Source: Camelus dromedarius
Taxonomy: Eukaryota
Direction: 5' to 3'
Length of the DNA stretch: 64,000 nt
Assembly: GCF_036321535.1 (NCBI RefSeq)
Contig: NC_087436.1
Coordinates: forward strand, 51,524,001 to 51,588,000
Shown here one piece after another: positions 54,961 through 64,000 of the stretch (position 1 is its first letter; each line of letters begins with the position of its first letter). Position numbers and translations under genes: made by a program. The notes below the pieces were generated by a model, which worked only from the letters and a program-made list of their open reading frames with translations, searched no databases and was not told the origin of the DNA.

Positions 54961-57900
54961 ATTTCAGGTTATGTAGTCTTGGCAAGAATACCACAGTAAA
55001 CCTTTTCATTATTAATAAAGTGAAAACCCAACTGTACCAATAAACATCTATAAATCTGCACTTAAAAACACAATTTGTACTCTTCTGTTCTCTTTCTGGA
55101 TGTTTATAATACTGAAATATTTTAGAAAGAAAGTTACCAGCATTACATTTTTGAAACAGAAAGTAATGAGGAGAAGAAAATAAATTCTCAAAAAATAATC
55201 ATGAAGAATATAATGAGACATAAGTAAAGAATAATAAAAACTTCATAGAGCTAGAGATGAGAATATTTTCAAGCAGAAAGGATCTGAAATGAATTAATTG
55301 ATAGAGCAGCTTTTCAACTGACCTTGCAGGATGCCTGGGATTTCAACTGAAAACATGGGGAAAAGTATTCCACATAAAGGAGGCAGCATAAGAACAATGA
55401 TATTAAGGAAGAAACGGGAGACTGTGTTCAATGGGAGGTAATGCAATTAACTTAGTGTACAGCACATGCCCACACTAATGGTAATGACAGAAATGGCCTG
55501 GACATCTATGCTGGAGTTGAAAGGTCATGTAACAAGAATGGACTTCATTTGAAAGGCCATGAGACCTCACTGACCAGCAAACCAGAGCTCTTACAGCATT
55601 ATATAGCTCAGATGGAAGGTAGAAAAACAAATGCTTCTGTGCGGTTTGTTTCTATGCATTGTGTTGTCATTTTTCTTGTTTTGTTTTTCCAACAGCTCTA
55701 CTATTCTATTGCTGTTCTTAATTTAAGACTTCTTATTTTAGGTTTAATGAAGCTAAAAATTTGAAATCCTTGGTTTGGTAATACAAAAACAAAATGTAAA
55801 TGTTAAGGTTTTAATGAAAGAATTAGTAGCTTTCCTACTGCCATTATAGCTACAATTTGATAATAAAGAAGTATGATAAATATGAAATAAATGTGAATGT
55901 TACTATTTTCATATAAATATAAATTATGATAAAATAAAGCTTGGAGAGAGCTGACGCAACTGTTGAGAGCAAACCAGAGTGCTTAAAAGGGTCCAATGGC
56001 AAAATATATAAAAAGAAAGAGAAAGGGAGGCAGGAGACCTAGTAGATGTGCCATGATCATTGAAACTGGTACACATATTTTTAAGGGGAGGATTTATAAG
56101 CAACAAAATGCACAGTGGTAACACTCATAAATGTTAGTTGATTATATACAGATTTGAGATCAGACAGTTTGCATTACATATAAACAATGCTCTACGAAAT
56201 CTATACATGTGAAAAGACTAGAAGGAGAAAATGAAGATCCAAAATTAAAGACATAAATAGAAGACAGAAAAAGGAAGACATACGGTCAAATTGATTACAC
56301 TGCACACATAAAGGTGGAAAACACATGCAGGCTTGTATTCCTCCCAGTTTGGGAATTAAGGAGACAGGAGATTTGGCTTTCTTAATTACTTAAAAGGAAA
56401 TAAAATACTCATATTAGACATGAATTACTGTATCTTTTTCATCCTTTTTAACATTGAAAAGTTTTTTCTAGAGCTTTGATTAATTATAAAATATCTTTCT
56501 CTTTCATTAAATTTTATCAGATTTCCTCTGATTTGTCTTTCTTATATGAATATACTAGAATATTCAATTATTTCCATGATTTTTCTGGCATTTTTATTAT
56601 TCTCTTTATCATATAATGTTCCTGAATAATAAATTTCCTTTTTTCCTTGTATAATTTCTCTTCGGGATAGAAGGGAAGTAGAAAAAGTACAGTAAAAATT
56701 GAATTCCACATCTTTTATCCTATTTTTCCCATTAAAAAAAAAAAAAGACTTCATGTATTCAACATAAAATGGTACTATGAAACAAAATAACATAGCAGAA
56801 CATTTAAGCTGTTTATTAAAACAAGTTATTATTGCATTGACCACAGCAATTAATACCAATTTTGTCAAGGGACACAATCCATACATAAAAATTACTGTAG
56901 GCATGGTTTGCAAATTGGTCATAGATCTACATTCTGGTTGCATCTTGTAGTTCAGACAAATTTATCATCTTTGAATGTCTTTTTCCATGCAGCATTGTTA
57001 TATTTTCTACTTGGTAGGTGCATGTAAGTTACTATAAGAAATTAGAATCTAAAAATTGAATGCAGGAAGATGAGAGCTAGTAGTGTCTTCAAAATAGTCC
57101 TATGTTGTCCATAAGACATAAGCTTATCTCCTATCAAATATCAATAGGAATATTATATGAAGATATAGTAGAACTACTGACATAGCCACCCAAAGGTACT
57201 CATCATAAAACAAAACAACTAAAAGGCATTTCCTCAATATTTTTACACAATAGTGACATCATAATTTAAGTGGCCAAAACAATTTGAGTTCTTCAAGGAC
57301 ATAAAAATGATGGATGTGGAGAAATACTCAAAATTTTGCCATGAATTTTTAGTGTTCCTCTGTCTCAGGAGACAATTAACATAAAATTACTTGTACTTTA
57401 TATGCATTTTATTGTAATTTTTTCATAATTCCCAATATTTTTCCTTTTCAACCAAAAAAACTTTGTGTTCTTGGGGAATGCCAAACAGAAATAAAATTAA
57501 AAATAACAGAGATTGTTAGAAACTTGAGGACTGCCAGTTTGAAAATTATAGTGTAGAGTCAACATTTCCCCTTTTTTATTCCTATAAATTATCCCAAAAC
57601 ATAGAGAATGAGGAAGTTATGCAAATGCCCTATTTACTGAAAATAATAAACGGTGAATTCTTAGACCTCCAGGTCAACAGAATGGTTCCAAAATCAGATC
57701 TCAAAAAGAGCTGACAAAGAGCTTCCTCTAAGTCTAGGCCGTGACATGATACAATGGTTTCAGACAGAATCATCTGTGGAAGTGGTTTGGTTCCAAAAAG
57801 CAGAAAACATGAAGCTAAATGGGGGAACTATACAGAATAGATATATTTGTAGAAAGCAGCCTAGATCTATGAAAACAGAAAAATAAAGTCTTTCATTGTT

Positions 57901-58199
57901 GGTGGCATGGGGGTGGTGAGGGAGACAGAACAGAACAAAAAACCCATACTGCCTATCTCCATTGGCTAGGCCAAGAAAATCTCACTTTGTTCAGTGATAA
58001 AAAAGAGAAATTGGACCAGCACAGGATCTGTATAAAGAGACTATGAGAGAGAGAGAGAGAGAGAATTGCACATAAAGAATCACATACTAAAAACATACTG
58101 CCATTAAAAAAGTGGAAAATTGTGACCATACATTTCTCCATGAAATTTAAAAATGTAATGAATAGCAATTACCTTTCTGAAGCAATTACACAGTGCAGA

Positions 58200-58745
58200 A
58201 ATCCAAGGTGTCATGGAGAGGTTAGCAACATAAGAACAAGAGATGAATTATAAGCTTCCAGTGCTCAAATGGTAAAAGAAACAAAAAAAGTAAAAGCAAC
58301 ATGAAGAAATTTGAAATAATACAGGAGGAGAGTACTGAAAGTATAAGAAAGTAACAAGGATTGAAACGAAAAATGCAAGCTAAGTAACGGATATTAATAA
58401 AGAATCAAAAAGAATGAGAGAGAAATTGTAATGTATATTATGGACAAAATAAGTCCAACGTACATATAAACGGAATCTCTGAAAAAGAAAACAATAATAG
58501 CAAGATAGAGCGAATATTTAAAGATGTAAGTCAAGAAATTGTTCCTGAAATAAAAGAAGACTTGAACCTACATCTTGGGGAAAAGATCCTCCCCCCAAAA
58601 AAGAAAAAGGAACAAAAGCAATAAACAAACACAAAAAGTAACCATGTCCCTGGGCAAAACAGTGCAGAACAGTCAGCACAAGGAAACACTATGGCGAAGT
58701 CACTAGACTTCAAATATAAAGAGAGCTGTTGATGTGCCGTGAGTC
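58200..58745 (+). mobile_element. Decayed L1/HAL1 ORF1-like remnant
   Basis: aagtccaacgtacatataaacggaatctctgaaaaagaaaac...caagaaattgttcctgaaataaaagaagacttgaacctaca. Confidence 0.55.
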
Positions 58746-59972
58746 CCACCATCACCCGCCCAGGGATACCTGAGGGACATCACCATCCTCAAGCATAGGG
58801 ACAAGGGCTTCCTGCAAACCCTTTGGGACTGACAGGTGCTCTCTGGTTTTACAGAACACCAAGATTCGTGCTCGACTCGTGTTTGGAAATGACTAAAGGC
58901 AAGAGGCTGTGGTGCACTGCTGCTCTGAGGGCAGGGCCATGGTGTCTATATTAGGAATGGCTTGTGTGCCCAGAGTTTGTCAGAGCAAAAGAAAAATGAA
59001 TTATTTTGCAGACAGATGTGGGCCAGGTGGGAGAAAGGGCCGGCAGGGAGATTCTCAGTGATTTTGATCAAGATAGACACATGAAGAAGCCATAGAAAAG
59101 AAAAGTAAGAATCTATATGGGGCTGACCACCACAGCTAGGAGCTTGGAGGAGGGGAAACATGTGTCTCAGTAGGGAACTGAGATGAGATATCCCCAGGGA
59201 ATGAGGAGATTTCTAAGGAGTCCAGAAATATGCTCCAAGGAAAAGAGCCTACACTTAATATCTGATATGGCCAATAGAAAGCAAGAACCCTACCACTTCT
59301 CTGTAGGAGAAGAAACCATAGCTGGAACACTGGAACTTAAAAGTAAAATATAAATTGAGAAAATCAGGAAAGCAGCTGACCACAGCAGCCCTCCCACACC
59401 AAGGCTGCAGCACTGGGGGAGAGAGAAGCTTTAGCGCTACTAAGCTTCAGTGTTTCGAATATTACGTGAAACTGTAATTAATTAATGGATGGGTCCTTGG
59501 GTTCCACCCTTTAATGAAATGCCTATACGATTAAAACTAAATCTGTTATTTAAAGTTAATAAAAGTAACAGTATTTCAGTTCTACAACACTAACCCAGAC
59601 CTTCAAACCTTGGACTACTACTGACTGGTACCAATACTAGGACAGACAATATTAACTCAAGCCTCACTAGTTAACTAAGAAATCAGCTTCCAGAACCAAA
59701 GTGATATATAGCCTAGCATACCATACTTGTTCTACCAAGCATAATCTCATACAAGCTACCCTAAGGAAAATGCTTATAAACCATTTTTGAATAATCAATA
59801 AGCCTTGATTGGAATATAGCTAAACATTAATAACCTCTATGCATTTTGAGGAAAGAGTAACATACTATTAAATAAAGTTGGCTTTCATTTTTCTTTTTTT
59901 CTAATCCTAACATCGGATATTCATAAATTCAAAAAAAAAAAAAAACCAAGTAAGATGATTTGGCAACACTAC

Positions 59973-60371
59973 CTCTGAATATGACACTCTCGATTACAGA
60001 GATGTAGTCTTCAGGCTCCTGCTCAGTTGAGATCTCCCATCTGCTTCCAGAGATATTTAATAATTTGTAGAGCTGATCTGAACTCTTCACCCCACACAGC
60101 AGAGTAACCACACTTTCTGGTGAAAGAAGTATGTTTTCCAGAAACTGACACTTCGTCGGAGTCAGGTTTTCAAGCAGGCTGTTTGATAATATCAAAAGTT
60201 TACATTTGTAAGAGTTTAAATTCAGCAATTCCAAATCTGGAGGAGAATAATTCTCCAAGCGATGTAACAGGATGGCTTCCCTTTTCACAACACATAAAAA
60301 AACTTCCCTCAAGTACAAAGCCCATTCTTCAGCATCTTCTTCATATACCATGATGATGTCTTTTGTGTTTT
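59973..60371 (-). CDS. BANK1: BANK1 coding exon 2 (399 nt, TIR domain)
   Basis: Translates (E)NTKDIIMVYEEDAEEWALYLREVFLCVVKREAILLHRLENY...WEISTEQEPEDYISVIESVIFR(G), closely matching recalled human BANK1 exon 2. Acceptor ctttctcttttccag at 60372-60373; donor AG|gtagtg at 59971-59972; phase 1 at both ends. Confidence 0.97.
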
Positions 60372-60400
60372 CTGGAAAAGAGAAAGTTAATGTATTAGTT
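60372..60400 (-). promoter_or_regulatory. Intron 1 branch-point candidate, polypyrimidine tract and 3' splice site
   Basis: Minus strand reads aaCTAATacattaactttctcttttccAG: a CTAAT branch motif about 25 nt upstream of the AG, with a second candidate TTAAC. Confidence 0.65.
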
Positions 60401-62339
60401 TTCTTATATCTGACATGCTAATAGCAGGTTATATTATTATTTCTCAAAGAATTAAATGTACTCTTTAAGGAATATATTAATTTGCTTATACCACAGACCA
60501 ATAATATAATTCACATTATCCCCAACATAATCCTATGGGATTAAAGTAATCCTTCAGATGCAGCGCAGAGTTCACGCTGTACTCACTGCACAAATGTGGC
60601 TCTAGGAAGTGTAATAGAAATAAATGAGAGGCCTCGAGACAGAATGGAAAGAATATTCTGTGGGATTAGGGATGTTGGGTTGGCAGACATGACTTTGCCA
60701 GTAACCACAAAATTTTACCTAGATTATGCCACTTAATTCCTTTCAGTCACTGTTTCTTCACCTATGAAATGAAGTTAAAAAAAAAAAAATAAGCCCTACC
60801 TAATGAATCGTGTTATCCTAAGAAGAATTAAGAGAAATTACATTAAAGGATTTAAAAATCCTTCTTCCAGCTAAAGATGGGTACATCAAGACAGATTATA
60901 GAATTCCCATGCCCAGAAAACTAACAAAGTAAACATTTAAAAAAGAGAATAATTCAACAGCAAAAAAAACAAATAAAGGGGATACTATCTCATGTCATAA
61001 ACTAAAAAGTTGATGCTGAAGAAATAAACAGAAGGTTCTAGGGAGGCAGCACTAATCCTAAATCTATCTCCCACCCTAGAACTAGTACTGATGAAGAAAC
61101 TTATAAATCACCAAAACCACCAGGGTGGTCATAAATGTCTTCCCCACTGGAAAGTGATCGGGGGCGTCTGCAAAAGCAGGAAAGGCTTAACCTCCCAAAT
61201 GAACCAGGGCTCAAAGCTGAGACAGGAAAGCCAGTCAAATTGCACAGGAACTCAAGCACATACCTGGGCAGAGGAGAGGGGCCTTGCAGACAACAAGGTC
61301 TCATCTGGGACTCAGACCCATGACCTCCAACCAGAGAGTCACACTGACAGATCTTCCTTCTCCTCCTCTTTTCTCTCAAGCCATAAAAACTAACTAGAAT
61401 ACAGATTTTGTTTCTCAAACTATAGCTTGGGGAGGGGGGGGGGAATTTAAAGTAGCAAATAAGATAGGGAGGGGAATTTAAAGAATAATTTACCCACACA
61501 GTATTATGCGAATAGAAACTGAACTTAGAGATTCATCAGCAAGATGAAAGGATCAGCAATACAAATTCACAGTTATGGAAAGAGATGATGGCAAATAGTA
61601 TTAACAACAATAATATGGTCATCATGACAATGAAAGTAACACAGCATGCAAAGACTAGTAGAAATTATAAGCAGGAAAGAAAAACTCCATAAAAGTCCTT
61701 CATGGTATAAAAAAAGAGCATAGGTTAAATAAAACCAGAGTTCAAAGACAAGTTGACCTAATTTTTTAATAAAAAGACTAATTTGAAAAGGTATAAGTAG
61801 ATAAAGAGACGGGTTGAGAGCCCAAACAATATCATTGCTCAACTAATAAATAAAGTAGAAAAAGCAATGACTAGACTAGAAATAGACATATTTTAATTTC
61901 TGGCCTCAAAGAAAAGCTTGATATTTTCACAGTAAATACAAAAAGAGACAACAAAGTTAAAGCAATTGGTGAAAATCTGATGTATCTGGATAAGAGTAAA
62001 AAAAGGAAAATATTCAATTATAAAGATAATCCAAGAACTTGAAGTAAAAGAGAACAAAAGACACATTAAAATATTTCCTATATAAATTTTAAAATACTTA
62101 AAATACAGAAGAAAAAGGAATCAACTCTATGGATCAGTGAGGCATAATCACATTCCAAGAAAAAGTCTCAGAGAAAACATCCTGATTAAATTGCCCTTGG
62201 TTTAATGATTATAAAACTTCTTCATATAGCTAAGAAAGAAAAGCAAGTCATCCAAGAAAAGAAAAATATTAGGTTGGTCATTGATTTCTTCAGAGCAGTT
62301 TCAAGGCCAGATTATAATGAATAATAAGACACTTCTTAC

Positions 62340-62710
62340 AATAATAATTTTATAGTACATTCATACTATAGAATATTACACAGCAATGAAAAAGAATGAA
62401 TCATTGCTATATGCAACATGGATGAATCCAAAGATGTGATGTTGAGTGAAAGAAGAAAAAGAGTATATACTGAATGATTGTATCTACATGAAGTTCAAAA
62501 ACAGAAGGAAAAAAAGATCCATGGTGATACAGATGAGAATATTTGGGGGCAAGATTAAGGAATGAAAGCAGATCAAGGGGAGCTTGCTGGGGTACTGAAC
62601 ATATTCTATATCTTGATCTGAGTGTTATACAAAGAAAACATATATAAAATTCTATTCATCTGTATATCTTAGATTGTGTAAGTTACACTGCAATAAAAAG
62701 GTAAATTAAA
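62340..62710 (+). mobile_element. Old L1 3'UTR (L1MD/L1ME-like)
   Basis: gaatattacacagcaatgaaaaagaatga...gcaacatggatgaatc...gttgagtgaaagaag...tattctatatcttgatctgagtg...aataaaaag. Confidence 0.75.
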
Positions 62711-63050
62711 ATATCAAAAGAAAAAAAGAATGTTCCAGGGTGGCAGATGTTCAGGAGGCCCAGGGACTTATAATAGATGGATGGAGAATTTGGGGAGGGA
62801 GCACTAAGGAAAATAAACTAATAAAGCAATTGAAACATTATAACAAGTATTTGAAAATTTGAGGAAAAATGCTAATAGAAGTTTGACAGTTCTGATAGGA
62901 AGTTTTGAAAAAAACATTAAAGATAGGTACATTACAAACTATTACATGTAAAATGCAAAAGAAAGTTAAATTAATTACAGAAAAAACAAAAAAGAAAGCA
63001 AGATCATTATACACTCTTTGGATCAATAGTATAAACGTGTAGATAATCAT

Positions 63051-63406
63051 TGTTATGGACTGAAGATTTATGTCCTACCCCAAATTCATATGTTAATATG
63101 AACAGTATTACAAGGTGGGCTGATGGGAGGTGACTAGGTCATGAGGGTGGAGCTCTCACGAATGGAATTAATGTCCTTATACAAGAGGCTCCAGAGAGAT
63201 CCCTGGCCCCTCCTGCTATATGTGAAGACACAGAAAGAAGTCTGTGTCAGTAGTGTGCAACCCGGAAAAGGGACCTCACCAGAATTCCACCTGCTGGAGC
63301 TCTGATTTCAGATTGCCAGGTTCCAGAACTGTGAGAAATAAATGTTTGGTGTTTAGGCTACCAAGTCTGTGATATCCTATTGAAGCAGCCTAAACAGATT
63401 AAGACA
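63051..63406 (+). mobile_element. MaLR solo LTR (MLT1A-like), 356 bp
   Basis: Termini TGttatggactg and gattaagaCA; aggtcatgagggtggagc and ccagaactgtgagaAATAAAtg. Perfect 5-bp TSD ATCAT at 63046-63050 and 63407-63411. Confidence 0.92.
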
Positions 63407-63505
63407 ATCATAATAATGTAAAATAGGACTAGTAATTTAGCTGCAAGTTGAGATTTAAATATCCTGGAGAATGACGGAAGTGTCAGATCAAGAGACTGAA
63501 ATCCA

Positions 63506-63586
63506 GAAGGAGGGTATAACTCAAAGTGGTAGAACACATGCTTAGCATGCAAGAGGTCCTGGGTTCAATACCCAATACCTCCTCTC

Positions 63587-63605
<19 letters not shown>
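63506..63605 (+). mobile_element. tRNA-derived SINE, Vic-1-like (camelid)
   Basis: ggagggtataactcaaagtggtagaacacatgcttagcatgcaagaggtcctgggttcaatacccaatacctcc followed by polyA. Flanking agagactga at 63491 and 63611. Confidence 0.88.
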
Positions 63606-63617
<12 letters not shown>

Positions 63618-64000
63618 GACAATTCTTACCTAGGTTATTCACAGAAAACCAATAGATAATAGTTATAATTAGTAAATTAAGAAATAGTAGTATAAATGTA
63701 TCTTTTAGAAATATCAACTAGAACAACAAAAAAAATTGAAAGAATGGTAATTCTTAAGGTTCCTATGGGGAAGAGAATTGCATTTGGCAAGAGGAAGAGC
63801 AGAGGACTGCTGGTTTTCATTACAGATGTTTTATCACTGTTCAATATGGAAGTGTAACTATGATCAAAATTTAAACAAAGAAAAGTCCAGCCAGCAAATA
63901 GAAGAACCAAAGTAAGCAAAATGGAAATGTACACACTTTGGACCAAGAGCACACAGTAAGTGGAATACATGTATGTCTAGATCAAAGACTAAATACCAAG

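Noticed and set aside
3230..57630. Scattered octamer ATGCAAAT motifs
   Set aside because: An AT-rich 8-mer is expected several times in 64 kb, and several copies lie in L1 sequence.
59929..59972. ORF extension SVAKSSYLVFFFF beyond exon 2, and similar extensions at exons 3 and 4
   Set aside because: These are intronic read-through past GT donors; similarity to BANK1 stops at the splice sites.
63506..63605. A tRNA gene (also 36090-36170)
   Set aside because: A and B boxes are present, but the polyA tail, TSDs and degenerate stems indicate a SINE.
833..63970. The many 60-133 aa ORFs in the track other than the three overlapping BANK1 exons
   Set aside because: Their lengths are expected by chance, many use non-ATG starts or lie in repeats, and none resembles a cellular protein I recognise.
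1..64000. A novel multi-gene system, CRISPR array or other prokaryote-like locus
   Set aside because: The sequence is mammalian intron. There are no repeat-spacer arrays or long ORFs, and the only coding signal I can support is BANK1.
60401..64000. BANK1 exon 1 or promoter
   Set aside because: No CpG island or exon-1-like sequence; the region is mostly L1-like, LTR and SINE DNA.

Overview
This is mammalian genomic DNA: AT-rich, CpG-depleted and dense in repeats. Two tRNA-derived SINEs resembling Vic-1 point to a camelid (camel, alpaca or llama). The window lies inside BANK1 (B-cell scaffold protein with ankyrin repeats 1), transcribed on the minus strand. Four coding exons can be mapped with GT-AG boundaries and compatible phases: exon 2 (60371-59973, 399 nt, TIR domain), exon 3 (25915-25761, 155 nt), exon 4 (17013-16875, 139 nt) and exon 5 (8306-8167, 140 nt). 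Exons 4-5 encode the DBB region. Exon 1 and exons 6 onward lie outside the window. The rest is intron filled with L1, L2, MIR, MaLR/ERV LTRs, hAT and Tigger DNA transposons and simple repeats. I found no convincing new biological system. The leads worth checking are a set of ETS-IRF composite motifs plus EBF1 and NF-kB sites in a B-cell gene, the skippable TIR exon, sense-oriented L1 polyA signals in intron 3, a twin-primed L1, nested insertions, a possible CR1-type esterase fossil and a diverged ~130-bp tandem duplication. Gene, exon numbering and repeat family names come from recalled sequences, not from database searches, and most repeat boundaries are approximate.
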